A DNA stretch of 64,000 nucleotides from Mobula hypostoma (GCF_963921235.1 NC_086108.1:46378001-46442000); one strand, 5' to 3'; positions 11,650 through 25,954 are shown, counted from the first letter of the stretch. A program made the numbers and translations. The notes: generated from the letters alone by a model not told the origin.

Positions 11650-12860
11650 GTATTTCCAGCCTCAGAAATTACCCAGATTCCTTTCAGTTTACCTCTCGCA
11701 ACAGGTCAATAGAAGATGCTATTTCTCTGGCTCTTGACTCAGAACTGGATCGTCTCAACAACAGGTACATATATGTCAGGCTGTTGTTCATCAACTACAG
11801 CTCAATGTTCAACAATATCTTCTCCTCCTAACTTATCACTAAGCTCCAAGATCTGGGCCTTTCTGCATCCTTTCACAAATATCACTGGCAGACCTCAATT
11901 AGTAGAGATTGCTAACTATACCTCCCCTTCACTGATCAACAATGCAGATGCATCCCAAGACTGCGCACGTAGCCCCCACTCTCTTTATATTTACAACTGT
12001 GTGGCTAAGCACAGCTCCAGTACCATCTATAAATTTGGCAATGATATTAGTATTGTTGGCTGAGTTGTGTGTTGTGATGAATCAGTGCACAGGAGACAGA
12101 ACATGTAGTTGAGTAGTCCCACAACAATCTCACTCTTAACATAAACAAAACCAAGGATCTTATTACTCACTTCGGAAAGGAAAAGATAGTAGAACACGTG
12201 CCAATTCTAATTGGTGGGTAAGAAGTAGAGAGGAAAAGCCACTTTGAATTCCTGGATGTGAGCCGTCCAACACTCACGAGAAAGGCATGCTAACACCTTT
12301 GTTTTCTCGGAAACTTGAGGAGGTCTGGTGTGTCATCAGATACTCTACTAAATCTCTACCGATGCATTGTTGAAAGTATCCTGGCCTGATCCAGCAATTC
12401 CAACACACGGGAACACAAGTGACTGCAAAAATATGTCAAAACAGCCTCGTCCATCACAGGCACAGCCATCCCTCACCAATGACAGCATCTTTAAGTGCTG
12501 CTGTCTCTAGCAAGTGGCATCTGTCACTAAGGATTCCCACCTTCAGACATGAGGTACAGAAGCCCACTATCATCTGGTTTAAGAAAAGCTACTTTCCTGT
12601 GAACAAAAGGTTCTTAAACCAAATGCACAAGCCTGACCCTACATCAGTATGGAACATTACGAGTCAAATCTTGCACTACCTTAGACTTGTATCTGATGGT
12701 GTCTCTTTTTGCATTAAGGTAATTTTTGCACAGGCTTTTTTCCTCTCTTTCTCTTCACAGTCTTGTTTACTAAGGTATAATTTATATATTGTTTATTTCT
12801 TTGTGTTGTCTCTACTGATGTGCCTGCAATGGTACTGCAAGTATAACATTTCACTTGGCA
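11650..12860 (+). mobile_element. Degraded Rex1-type (L2 clade) LINE
   Basis: Decayed YVRLLFINYSSMFN / CVAKHSSSTIYKF..DD-type motifs, with many stops. Confidence 0.7.
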
Positions 12861-13182
12861 CCAGGGCAATTGTATTTGTATAGTTTTAAGGAAACCTAAT
12901 AAGTTTGAGTTCAATGTGAAAGCTCCCATTGGCTAGAAGTTTTAGCTACCAATGGAGAACATAGTTCTGGCTGATGGAGCCAATCATCTCATCGCCCAAG
13001 ATATCACTGCAGGAATTTCTCAGAGTCATGTCCAGAGCCTAACCAGATTCAACTGCTTCACTGATGAATTCTCTTCATCTGAAAGTATTGCTTCCAACTT
13101 TTCATCCTGAGCTGAACTCCTGCAGTAATAAAGCAGTCCATATCCATCTTGTCATCATCAGGCTTAGACTGAGAGTTGCAAG

Positions 13183-15881
13183 CAGGGCCAGACTTTAGGC
13201 AGGGCTAGGCTGGGCTGCAGCCCAGGGGCCCAAGCTGCAGAGGGGCCCAAAATAGGTAGCTATCATAATGGCAGACAAAAAAAATACGAGAGCGGAGCAC
13301 AGAAAAGAAAAAAGAAACAAGAGAAAGAGGACCGTGAGAAAGAAGCATTAAAAAGCCATTCAAATTGACAGAATTTTTTTAAACCTGTTCTCGATGATGC
13401 AGCAGTACCATCGCTCTTGTCACAGTCTGAGACCAGTGGACAAATGGAGACTTGTTCAACAGCTAGTGCTAGCACCAGCGTTAGCACAGGACCACCGTCC
13501 TTGCCACAGTCAGCAGCTAACGTTGAAGAGGCAGAGAGCATGACTTTGGGATTCCCAACCACACAGGCCTCCGAACAACCAAGTCGGGCCGCCATTAATG
13601 TTAACGTAACCGCTACTGAGGATCGTTACAGCACTGATCCTGCTCACTGGGGAAAGAAAACGTTAGATAATTCAGTCCGAGCATACTGGGCTAAGAAAGG
13701 GCCGGAGTCCTGCCAGAATAAGGATGTGGATATCAAAGCTTCGGAACGAGTATACAGACAACAGAGACGTTTTTTCTCCAAATTTCACTTCAAATGCAAG
13801 CTCGTAACTGGTGAGTACATATCGAGGCAATGACTCTTATATTCCCCTTCCACCGGCTGTGCATTCTTCAGCACTTTGGAAGTGCAAGTGTTGCATTGCA
13901 AGCTGTAAATCTAGACCTGTATAATGCTGTGGACTTGGTGAGATCACTACGGGGATACTTAGCAATCTTGCGTGATCAATTTTATACTTTTGAGACCCAG
14001 GCTAAAACTATGTCTCCAACAGTCTCACAAGTGTACAAAGAAGACACCCAATGACAAAGAAAACGTAAAGCCTTTCTGGGTGAATCCACAACACCTGATG
14101 TTGGCTTGTCAGCCAGAGAAAATTTTTCAGCTACTGTTTTTTTGGTCGTGATGGATAGATTACTTGCAGAAATTGATTGCAGATTGGCATCATATAATGA
14201 CCTTAACAACACATTTGGCATCCTAAACAATATCCTTTCTCTCTAGGGTTGCCAACTGTCCCGTATTTGCTGGGACATTCCGTATATTGGGCTAAATTGG
14301 TTTGTCCCATACACGACCGCCCTTGTCCCATATTTCCCCCGCTAAGGTAGAGGGTTCCTATGAAACCTTTCGTGCTGAAATGGTGTAAAGCGAAGAAGCA
14401 ATTACCAGTAATTTATATGCGAAAAACTTTTGAGCGTTCCCAGACCCAAAAAATTACCTACCAAATCGTTCCAAAGAACACATAAAACCTAAAATAACAC
14501 TAACATATAGTAACAGCAGGAATGATATGTTAAATACACAGCCCATATAAAATAGAAATAATGTATGTACAGTGTAGTCGGGAAGATTAAGCCAAAACCG
14601 ATTTGTAGGGGGAAAAGATTGGCATGTACGCACATGCGCATGTCACATAGGCGCATCTCACGCATGTGCACAGAGGTGCCCGCGCAAGGCTTCTTGGTCA
14701 TGGTAGTCTTTCACAAGTGTCCCGTATTTGACTGCTACTTTTGTCCCTTATTTGGGAGTGAGAAAGTTGGCAACCCTACTTCTCTCTCTGTACAAGATCT
14801 GCGCAAGAGAGCATCTGATCTCCAAAGCAGATATTCAGCTGACCTAGAGTTAAACTGCGTGGAGGAGATTGTCCATTTCAGGGAATTTGTAAGTGGAAAA
14901 GATATTTCATTCGCAACAGAACTTTTATGCTTCCTCAGAGAAAAAAACTTGCAGGTCATCTTCCCAAATGTAAGCATTGCTTTGAGGCTTTATCCTGTCA
15001 CAAGTGCAAGTGGTGAGTGATCTTTCGCCAAGCTCAGGCTAGTGAAGAACAGGCTCAGATCCACAATGGGACAGGACAGGCTGAATCATCTTACTCTGAT
15101 GTCACTTGAAAGGGATCTTGTTCGGAAACTGGATTTTAGTGATCTGATCAAGGACTTTGCTGCGAAGAAATCCAGAAGAACTAGGCTTTAATTTTGAAAA
15201 ACAAGCATCTGACTTTGTAAATATCTAGGCTTGTGTGTCAGTGCTGTTCCTGTTTTTGTGGCAATAGGCTAACAGTTGACTGTTTACAAACCTAGTAAGT
15301 AACAAGTGGTCTTTACTCTGCAAGCCACACAGCACAGCAATAGGTTAGTACGTGCTAGATCTCATTTCTCGAAAAGATTGTTGGAGTATTGCCAAGTTTC
15401 CTAGTTTGCTATAGTGCCATCTCTCTTGGCCTTTTTGTCTCTCATTTCCATTTTACTTTCTCAGAACACACGGTTGAGAAAAATACTGGATAAAAATGCT
15501 TTGGCATTGTTTGAGAAATAAGGCCTATGCTATGTGCAGCAACAGCTAAATAAAGATTTAAGATTGGGTACATCATACTTCGTCTCCCTCATAACTTTAC
15601 TAAGCCAACTAAGCCTAGGTCAATTTTTGAGTGCCTTAGATGCTGTCCTTCAAACTAAGAACCTGTATTACTTTCTGTCCTCCCCTTTAAGGCCTGTAAG
15701 TTTATAGCCTACGTATTGTACTAAACCAATGTCTTGGTCCACAGCTTTGATATTTAGACCAGTACAACCTTTGCTCTTGTTCTTGCCTTGTTTTGCTTGG
15801 TACAGCAGCATTTTACGATGTCGGTAGGGGCCCATCAGGGCCTCCAGCCCAGGGGCCCTGACCCCACTAAATTCGGCTCTG
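13183..15881 (+). mobile_element. hAT DNA transposon (ZMYM1-like/Tip100-type transposase, internally deleted and mutated)
   Basis: Imperfect TIRs CAGGGCCAGACTTTAG and ..CTAAATTCGGCTCTG. 8-bp TSD gttgcaag/gttgcagg. N-terminal YESGAQKRK and C-terminal hATC dimerisation motif PVTSASGE*SFAKLRLVKNRLRSTMGQDRLNHLTLMSLE. Confidence 0.9.
14244..14778. mobile_element. Nested non-autonomous hAT-type element (TAGGG termini)
   Basis: TIRs TAGGGTTGCCAACT...AGTTGGCAACCCTA. 8-bp TSD tttctctc/cttctctc. Subterminal tgtcccgtattt repeats. Interrupts the transposase frame. Confidence 0.9.
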
Positions 15882-16477
15882 GTTGCAGGTAATCTTGATG
15901 TCACAGATGCCAAGCAGACATCTCTCTAACAAGACTGAACCAGCTGCCTCCTTTGACAGTCAAAGCCATTAGAAGTATCAAATAACCTAGCATTAACATC
16001 TTGAAGGTCACAGTTGCCCAAAACAAGTGGTTTAGAGTCAAACACAAAGCACTAGGAGTGGTCGGGGAATGAGTATTTTGCTGTAAGTGATGTGAGCATC
16101 CTGGATAATGAAGCAAGTTAAACTATCAGACTACTTTGGTTTTGCTTGCAGGAGAAAACCTGTACTTCTTCATAATCTAGTATAAACGTGGCTCTGGTTG
16201 TATACATTCCCATTGCTGTACTCTGAAATAACCCAATGTTCAGGCTGGTTCACCATCACAGCCACAGAATTTTAGTGGGTGACTGGTTGGATAAAACATG
16301 ACCCAGTCTCGCAGCTTCCAGCAGCACACTGGGTTTTACTCATATACTCTGTCAACAGAGTTCCCAATCAATTCAGCAAATTAGGAGAGTGAGAAGGTAC
16401 ACATCTCACCTTCAGCTCTGTCACTTACAGGCACATTTCAAGCAGATAGTGAAAGAAAAAAAATCATCCAAAGAAAC

Positions 16478-17289
16478 TGCATTCATTGGCCTAATCTCAA
16501 ACAATAACCAGGTGGCCAACAGGGAAGAAGTCATCACACTGACACAGTGGTGTCAAGAAGACAATCTCTCCCTCAACGTCGCAAAAACAAAGGAGCTGGT
16601 TGTGGACTACAGGAGGAATAGAGACGGGCTAACCCCTATTGACATCAATGGATCTGGGGTTGAGAGGGTGAACCGCTTTAAGTTATTCGGCGTAAACATC
16701 ACTGAGGACCTCACGTGGTCTGTACACACCAGCTGTGTGGTGAAAAAGGCACAACAGCACCTCTTTCACCTCAGATGGTTGAGGAAGTTTGGTATGGGCC
16801 CCAAAATCCTAAGAACTTTCTACAGGGGCACAACTGAGAGCATCCTGACTGGCTGCATCACTGCCTGGTATGGGAACTGAACCTCCCTTAATCGCAGGTC
16901 TCTGCAGAGAGTGGTGCAGACAGCCCAGCACATCTGCAGATGTGAACTTCCCATCATTCAGGACATTTACAAAGACAGGTGTGAAAAAAGGGCCTGAAGG
17001 CTCATTGGGGACCCGAGTCACCCCAACCACAAACTGTTCCAGCTGTTACCATCCGGGAAATGGGAAAAAGCCAGGACTAACAGGCTCCAGGACAACTTCT
17101 TCCACCAGGCCATCAGACTGATTAACTCACACTGATTTAAGTGTAGTTCTATGTTACTTTGACTGTTGTATTTATTATAAATTATTATGATTGCACATTG
17201 CACATTTAGATGGAGACGTAACATGAATATGTTTACTCCTCGTGTATGTGAAGGACGTAAGAAATAAAGTCAATTCAATTCAATTCAAT
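16478..17289 (+). mobile_element. Rex1-type LINE 3' fragment
   Basis: ORF 16389-16880 (LSLNVAKTKELVVDYRR, KKAQQHLFHLRWLRK, ESILTGCITAWYGN). Ends in a (caatt)n tail. Confidence 0.85.
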
Positions 17290-17444
17290 ATTTGTTCTAA
17301 AGTAAGCTGTTCAGCAAAACCATGACAATTATGGAGTGTAGCACCACCTAGTGTCTTCCCATGCCACTACAGTGATTGTAAATATCAGACAGCGAGGGCA
17401 AGTTTCAGAATTCTTCATAAAGACGGAGAAACCTGGGTGCATCT

Positions 17445-17915
17445 TAGTCATAGTCGTAGTCCTAGTCATACTTTATTGATCCCGAGAGAAATTGGTTTTC
17501 ATTACAGTTGCACCATAAATAATTAAGTAGTAATAAAACCATAAATAGTTAAATAGTAATATGTAAATTATGCCAGTAAATTATGAAATAAGTCCAGGAC
17601 CAGCCTATTGGCTCAGGGTGCCTGACCTTCCAAGGGAAGAGTTGTAAAGTTTGATGGCCACAGGCAGGAATGACTTCCTATGATGCTCTGTGTTGTATCT
17701 CGGTGGAATGAGTCTCTGGCTGAATGTACTCCTGTGCCCACCCAGTACATTATGAAGTGGATGGGAGACATTGTCCAAGATGGCATGCAACTTGGACAGC
17801 ATCCTCTTTTCAGACACCACCGTCAGAGAGTCCAGTTCCATCCCCACAACATCACTGGCCTTACGAATGAGTTTGTTGATTCTGTTCATGTCTGCTACCC
17901 TCAGCCTGCTGCCCC
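17445..17915 (-). mobile_element. Rex1-type LINE 3' fragment (same family as 21490-22670)
   Basis: C-terminal RKSFLPVAIKLYNSS and 3'UTR are near-identical to the 21.5-kb copy. Confidence 0.85.
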
Positions 17916-18962
17916 ATCTTGTAAAGTAGCACAAAGACATCATATGATGTGACCCCAACAATGACATGAATACTTTTCTACAAGGCTTACTTTATTAAAA
18001 TGGCAAATGAGCTCCTAGAGCCGAATATAACAATGTGTTAGAAAACAAGATGAGCATGTTATATTGATCTTAAATGAGGCTTTGCCTAGAATAATTACTG
18101 TTCTTTGAGAAACTCTATGTGAAAACAGTGGGTGAAAGTGTGTATAATTCTAGGATGTAGATATGGATAGTGGGTGTTCAATTCTAATGACCTTCAACAT
18201 CTTTTAGGAGATATTGGTGGTCAAGGATACCCCTTGGGATTAACACTGTACCCAGAGTTTAGAGAAGGTTAGTTCAGCTGCATGAAAGATTTCCTGGAGC
18301 AAGGAGCAAAGCTGGTGATACGTTTAGCTTTGAAGAAGATTAGACGTCAGAGGAGAAAGAAAGTGATAGATGAGCGCCTTCACGTACAGATGTAAAGGAA
18401 AGTAATCAAAGTCCAAAGGAAGCAAAAACGTTGCCTTCAAGTGTCATCTGGTTACTGCAGCTCAAACAGGTATACAGGAAGGATGAAGGCAATTATGGAG
18501 ATGTATAGTTGTTCAAGCAGATCTTGAATACTTTGTGATGAAGAATTTCAACCACACACTAAATAAACTATAAGTGGTTCTTTTGCTAGATTGACCACCA
18601 TCTAAACTGTAGGATTGCTGGCACACTGTGTTGTAAACATCTTCCTGCAGTAAAGACAGACTGCAAACAAAAAGAAACAGAGTGTAAATATGCCCAAAAA
18701 TCTGTCTATTACAAAACCATGATGAAAAAACTGCAGGAAGGGATACTCTAATGATAATTGTACATATTTGTTACGAGAGGCCAGAGAAACAGAGGAATTC
18801 TGACATGGTCTTGTTGGGCACTTTCACATTTGCGCTGAGCTCAATTCTTCCCACCGATTGCTTTCCAGAGCAGAGGTGCAAAAATCCACGAAGGGAGAAG
18901 GTGCTGGATGTACTTTGGACAATGGACTCCCTTCATAGCAGAAGGTACAAACTAGTCTGGGG

Positions 18963-19310
18963 ATGGATGCTTACTTTCTCAACTTGCTGGAAATAGATTC
19001 AACTACATTATCAGCTGTCATTCACAAGGTAAAGGTTCAGTTTGCTAAATACAGCACTCCAGGTGTGGCTGCAACACTCTATGGCCTAAAATTTGTTGCA
19101 GATGGGTTTGCACTCAGTGTCTAAGTTGAGACGATATCATCGCCACACAATTCCCAATCCAATGGAAAGGCTGGGCCTGCTCTAAAAACCAGTCATGTTG
19201 CCTTCTGCGAAGGGTAACGGAAGCATGCACTGAATCACGCCACAGGCTCTTGCACTTAGAAACATCTCAATATTAGGTGGGCTCACTTCTAAATGACTGA
19301 TGAAGCCCTG
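18963..19310 (+). mobile_element. Highly decayed Ty3/Gypsy integrase core
   Basis: Single frame reads DAYFLNLLEIDSTTLSAVIHKVKVQFAKYSTPGVAATLYGLKFVADGF..*..SSPHNSQSNGKAGPALKT, matching the rve consensus (FARYGIP..SDNGPQF..SSP..PQSNGKAE). Confidence 0.6.
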
Positions 19311-19794
19311 AGCAAGAATAAAACTGCTCCAAGCTAGCTGATATCTAGAATCCCTGCTGGAATAAATGGATAGAGAAAGAGACGAATGGGACAGCTGAGA
19401 AAATGCTATAAGTCAGAAGACCAATTGAACTTTGCTCCCAAGAGAAAGGTGGCAAATGATCTTCAGAGAACTGTCACAACCTGGACTTTATAAGGGGAAA
19501 TTATCATGAAAATAGATGTCATCTGAGGAAGACTACACAAGAGGTTCAGGAGACCAAATCCAAATACGGACAATGTGCTACCGCCTTTGCTGCAGAACAA
19601 GAGTGCACCTGCTCAGTCAGGCCCAAATAAACAGTGAGCAGGTCTGGAGACCGGTGCCCCAACCAGCACCGGAGCTTGTTTAATGTTTACGCTGAAAACA
19701 CAATCATAAAGCATTTCAATATGCGTCAAGAACGCATAAGAACACTAGGAGTGTGGAGTCTCTACTACATTTAAATTTGAAACTTATTAACTGC

Positions 19795-19977
19795 CCGTAA
19801 GGGGTTTGTACGTTCTCCCTGTGACCGCTCAGGTTTCCTCCCACACATAACGGTTGATAGGTTAACCGGTCATTGTAAATTGTCCTGCGATTAGGCTGGG
19901 GTTAAATCTGGGGTTGCTGGGCAGTGCAGCTTGAAGTTCTGGAAGGGCCGAGCCTGCATTGTATCTCAATAAATAAA
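19795..19977 (+). mobile_element. SINE (HE1/V-SINE-like)
   Basis: gggtttgtacgttctccctgtgacc..ggtttcctcccaca..ggttaaccggtcattgtaaattgtcc core, with an aataaataaa tail. Confidence 0.7.
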
Positions 19978-21489
19978 GGATGCAAGAGATGAAACATCAT
20001 CTAACGCCATCTCATGGTGATAGTAAGTATCAAGTATTTTGAAATAAGAGATCGGGGAATTCTGCCATGATCGAGGACAACTACAATGAGAGAAGTGTGA
20101 GAAGTTAAAAGGCAACTTAGAACATGGCTTATCATGAACCACAGAATGTAACAACTACTTTATTTAAAGGAAGAACAATCTGACAGTCTCGGCATAAAAT
20201 ATTGAGCAGAGAAATCTAGAAATAGCTATCAATTCTTGCAACATGTTTGGCTCCATTATCAAGAACAACCTCTAATCTGCATTTAACGAACTGGAAATGA
20301 AAGACCTCCTCTTGCCGAACACTACAGACACAAAACCAAGAGCAAAATGATTGTGTGAGTAAAACGCAGATGTCTGATTTCTGCCGACTAAAATTGCTCT
20401 GCTTACCAAGAGCATTAAAATGTAAATTCATTTTAGAATGTTAGATGCATTGATACGTTAATATGTTGACAGGCATTTGTCAACAGCTAACAAATGGTTC
20501 CAAAAATTGAATTCATATTAATGTTGCTGGCAAGCCATTTCCTTTCTAACACAATCCAAGGTTCCAAAGGGATTTTTGTTCCTTTAGTGAGTGAGATATT
20601 ACAAAACAAAAGCTGATTTTTGACTCACTTTCAAATCACCATCAAAAGCATTTAAACCAAAGATCCCTCTTTGACCCCACTTTGCTTCTTGTCGCAGAGC
20701 CCTTCTTGGTCCTTAGAATTCTGACCATCTTGTATCTCCACACTAATGCTGTTCTTGAGACTGCTATGAGATGGGATTATCCTGAAAAGGGATTATTTGG
20801 CATCTGGGCATTGCTGGATGCCCCAGAGAGGTCCTGAACCACTGTGAAGCTACCGCCATGGCATTATTGGGCAGGATGTTCAAGGATTAAGACCCACAGA
20901 TGATGAAGCAATGTATTTCCAAATTAGGATGGTGCACAGTTTGGAGGGGAACTTGTTGGTGTAGTGTTCTCATGTATTGATGACCGTATTCTTCCAAATG
21001 GTAGAGGTGGCAGGTTTGAGAGGTACTTTCAGAATAGCCTCATGAGTAACTGCAGTGAGTTTTGTAGATGCTGCACAGACTGCAGCCACTGTGCACCGGT
21101 GGTACTGGAAATCAATATTTAGATGTTGGCCGGGCTGCTGATGAACTATGTACCCACGCAGAGCTGGGAAAACTCAGCAAGTTCAGCAGCATCTCTCGAA
21201 CGGGAAACAACTGATGTTTCAGATTTGGGACTCTTCATAAAAACTGAGAAAGAACACCATCAATTTAGATCGAGGACAAGGTGGGAGTGGTCAATAGAGG
21301 AAAACAAGAGAATTTCTCTAATCGACTGAAATACGGTGGCTATTAAAGGGACGTTAAGGTCCCTTGACTGTATATGAAATTGGTAATCTTCCAAAACTTC
21401 CTGTTTTTTTACTTCAAATTTCCAAAATCTGCAGTTGTTTAAAATTTTCATACTCCTTAGTTCTGCTTTGTACACAAGTTGTTATTATT

Positions 21490-22670
21490 AGTCATACTTT
21501 ATTGATCCCAGGGGGGAACTGGTTTTCGTTACAGTTGCACCATAAATAATAAATAGTAATAGAACCGTAAATAGTTAAATAGTAATATGTAAATTATGCC
21601 AGGAAATAAGTCCAGGACCAGCCTATTGGCTCAGGGTGTCTGACCCTCCAAGGGAGGAGTTGTAAAGTTTGATGGCCACAGGCAGGAATGACTTCCTGTG
21701 ACGCTCTGTGTTGCATCTCGGAGGAATGAGTCTCTGGCTGAATGTACTCCTGTGCCCACCCAGTACATTATGTAGTGGATGGGAGACATTGACCAAGATG
21801 GCATGCAACTTGGACAGCATCCTCTTTTTAGACACCACCGTGAGAGAGTCCAGTTCCATCCCCACAACATCACTGGCCTTACGAATGAGTTTGTTGATTC
21901 TGTTGGTGTCTGCTACCCTCAGCCTGCTGCCCCAGCACACAACAGCAAACATGATAGCACTGGCCACCACAGACTCGTAGAACATCCTCAGCATCGTCCG
22001 GCAGATGTTAAAGGACCTCAGTCTCCTCAGGAAATAGAGACGGCTCTGACTCTTCTTGTAGACAGCTTCAGTGTTCTTTAACCAGTCCAGTTTATTGTCA
22101 ATTCGTATCCCCAGGCGTTTGTAATCCTCCACCATGTCCACACTGACCCCCTGGATGGAAACAGGGGTCACCGGTACCTTAGCTCTCCTCAGGTCTACTA
22201 CCAGCTCCTTAGTCTTTTTCACATTAAGCTGCAGATAATTCTGCTCACACCATGTGACAAAGTTTCCTACCGTAACCCTGTACTCAGCTTCATCTCCTTT
22301 ACTGATGCATCCAACTGTGGCAGAGTCATCAGAAAACTTCTGAAGATGACAAGACTCTGTGCAGTAATTGAAGTCCGAGGTGTAAATGGTGAAGAGAAAG
22401 GGAGACAAGACAGTCCCCTGTGGAGCCCCAGTGCTACTGATTACTCTGTTGGACACACAGTGTTGCAAGCACACGTACTGTGGTCTGCCAGTCAGGTAAT
22501 CAAGAATCCATGATACCAGGGAAGCATCCACCTGCATCGCAGGACGGACGGTGCTGAACGCACTGGAGAAGTCAAAAAACATGACCCTCACAGTGCTCGC
22601 TGGCTTGCCCAGATGGGTGTAGACACAGTTCAGCAGGTAGACGATGGCATCCTCAACTCCTAGTCGGGTC
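21490..22670 (-). mobile_element. Rex1-type LINE, 5'-truncated RT
   Basis: 349-aa ORF with FFDFSSAF, TGAPQGTVLSPFLF and KFSDD. Confidence 0.92.
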
Positions 22671-22699
22671 ATGAAAATCAGTGATTTATATCTGATATC

Positions 22700-24404
22700 T
22701 TATATCAGGTCTATACAAGAAAACCAGGTATGACTTGTAGAGGGCCACTTCAAGAGCAATGGAACAATTCCAAGTGAGGTTGAATGCGATGTCGGATGCA
22801 CATCAACCCTGGCAGGGTTTGCAGGACATTCCTACAAAGTGAAACCCAATAGCATGAATGGCAGCAATGCTTCACTACCAGATGAGCTCAACGCCTACTA
22901 TGCCCACTTTGAAAGGGAGAATATAACTATAGCTGTGAATATCTCTGCCGCACCCGGTGACCCTGGGATCTCTGTCTTGGAAGCCAATGTTAGGCCGTCG
23001 TTCAGGAGGTTGAACATCACAAGGTGGAAGGCCCTGATGGAGTACCTGGTAAGGCTCCGAAAACTTGTGCCAACCAACTAGAAGGAGTATTCAAGGACGT
23101 TTTCAACTCTCACTGTTACCGCCAGAAGTTCCCACCTGCTTCAAAAAGGCAAAAGTTAATCCAGTGCCCAAGAAGATTAGTGTGAGCTGCCTTAATGACT
23201 ATCGCCCAGTAGCACTTAACATCTATATTGATGAAATGCTTTGAGAAGTCGGTCATGACTAGACTGAACTCTTGCCTCAGCAAGGACCTGGACCCATTGC
23301 AATTTGCCTATCGCCACACTGGGTTTATGGCAGATGCAATCGCAATGGCTCTTCACATGGCCTTAGACCTCCTGGACAATACAAACACCTATGTCAGGAT
23401 ACTGTTCATTGACTATAGCTCAGTGTTTAACATCATCAGTCCCACAGTCCTGATCATTTTGTGACAAAACCTGAGCCTCTGTTCTTCCCTCTGCAATTAG
23501 ATCCTTGACTTCCTTACCAGGAGACTACAATCTGTGCATATTGGTGATAATACATGCTCCTCGCTGATGATGAACACTGGTGCTCCTCAGGGGTGTGTGC
23601 TTAGCCCACTGCTTTACTCTCTCTAAAGCCATGACTGTGCGGCTAGGTACAACTCAAATACCATCTCTAAATTTACTGATGATACAACTATAGTTGGCAG
23701 AATCTCAGAAGGAGAGGAGAGGGTGTGCAGAAGTGAGATATACCAGCTAGTTGAGTGGTGTTACGACGACAAACTTGGACACCATGTCAGTAAGATGAAA
23801 GAGCTGATTGTGGATTTCAGAAAGGGTGAGATGAGAGAACACAAGCTAATCCTCGCAATAGGATCAGAAGTGGAGAGAGTGAGCAACTCCTGGGTGTCAA
23901 GATCTCTAAGGATTTAACCTAGTCCCAATATATCAATGCAGCATTGATATATTGGGACTATATTTCATTAGGAGTTTGAGGAGATTTGGTTTGTCACCTA
24001 AAACATTTGAACAGTTCTATAGATGTACTGTGGAGAGCATTCTGACAGTCTGCTATGGGAGGTGGGGAGGGGGGGTACTGCACAGGACTGAAAGAAGCTA
24101 CAGAAAGTTGTAAAATTAGTCAGCTCCATCATGGGTACTAGCCTCCATAGAATCTAAGACATCTTCAAGGAGTTGTGCCACAGAAAGGCGGTGTCCATTA
24201 CTTAGCACTCCAACCACCCAGGACATGCTGTCTTCTCATTTTTACCATCAGGAAGAAGGTACAGAAGCCTGAAAGCACATACTCAGGGATTCATGAACAG
24301 ATTCTTCTCCTCTGCCAATGTTAAATGGACATCGAACCCATGAACACTACCTCATTTTAAAAAATATATTATTTCTGTTTTGCACTATTTTTAATCTAAC
24401 TGAT

Positions 24405-24443
<39 letters not shown>

Positions 24444-24597
24444 GCACACTGTATATACACACACACTTACTGCAATTGATTTACTTATTTACCTTTTTCT
24501 TTCTATATTATTATCACGTATTACATTGAACTGCTGCTGCTAAGTTAACAAATTTCACAACACATGCCAGTGATAATAGACCCGATTCTGATTCTGA
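22700..24597 (+). mobile_element. Degraded Rex1-type LINE with (TA)n(CA)n and gattct tail
   Basis: LPDELNAYYAHFE, MKCFEK..LDPLQFAYR, GAPQGCVLSPLL and FTDDT motifs in broken frames. Confidence 0.88.
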
Positions 24598-24819
24598 TAA
24601 GCTGTGCATGTCTAGATGCAATTAACTTGATACATCAAGCCTTGAGGTCATGGTCCTTCTTGGTGGCTGTTCCTGTTTCTCATCAACAATGACTTCTAGG
24701 ATGCTGATGGTGGGAGAAGAGGGGGCTGTTTGATTGGAATGCATTTGAATATCTAGGATGTTAGACCCTTATTGTGTAGTTATCAGAAAACACTTCTGTC
24801 CTAAGACAATCAACTGACC

Positions 24820-25258
24820 TCACTGCCAATCAACACCAGCGCACCTCAGGGATATGTACTTAGCCCACAGTTCTACCCTCTCTACACTCATGACTGTGTG
24901 GCTAGGCACAGCTCAAATGCCATCTATAAATTTGCTGATGATACAAACATTGCTGGCAGAATTTCGGATGATGACGATAAAGCGTACAGGAGCAAGGTAT
25001 AGCAGCTAGTTGAATGGTATTGCAGCAAAAAACCTTGCACTCAATGTCGGTAAGAACAAAGAATTAAATGTGGACTTCAGAAAGGGCAAGTTGAGGGAGC
25101 ACACACCAGTCCTCATAGAGGGATCAGAAGTGGAAAGAATGATATTTACTGTAATTCACATTTTTTTCCTCTGTTATTATGTCTTGCTTTGTACTGCTGC
25201 AACAACGTTAACTAATTTCACAACATGTGCCAGTGATTTTAAAACTGATTCTGATTCA
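24820..25258 (+). mobile_element. Internally deleted Rex1-type fragment
   Basis: HDCVARHSSNAIYKFADD and LALNVGKNKEL motifs joined directly to the 3' tail. Confidence 0.7.
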
Positions 25259-25954
25259 GACGAAGCACCTGAAAGTGGGTGGGTGTAGAACACTGACAGC
25301 GAACAGATAGAAATTCTACTTAAGAATATTCATCTCTTGTCTCTTTATAGGAAACTTTGGCTAAGAAGCCAGGTGAGCAGAAGTGATTCCATGATATTTA
25401 GGATTGCCTCTCTAACATGCTGTGCTACATTGTCATCTCCTGAATAGCAAATCCATTCAAAAAACTACAATAATGATGCAAGATCACACAAATGAAGACC
25501 CATCCAATCATATCCCCCTGGAATGTCCAACCCTACTTACTTATAAGTCTATTGTTCTTGTTCACCTAAACGGACAGGTTAAATTTCAGGTAAACAACAC
25601 ATACAAAGAAAGAGATCTCCCAACGATGCAGCATACCCTTAATATTCTACTGGAGTGCTAATGTGGAACTTAAACCTTCTGATCCCAAAGTGCTTTGCAT
25701 TTAGCACATTTAATGAAAAAATTAATCTTAACTTTGTTTTCTCCTTCAGAGATCTTTCCAACAGTGCCTCCATTTAACACTGGTATAAAAGTTCTCTTAA
25801 ATTCTTTAATTTCACATAGAAAAAAAACTTTTAATGTGAATAGGATGCTGACGGCTGATAAAATCTCCTTTGTTTATTTTTTGTAAGCCTTGGGAGTATA
25901 ACTAGCAGCACGGAGTTACCTAACATTGACAACATCATCAGAATATTGGTGCCA

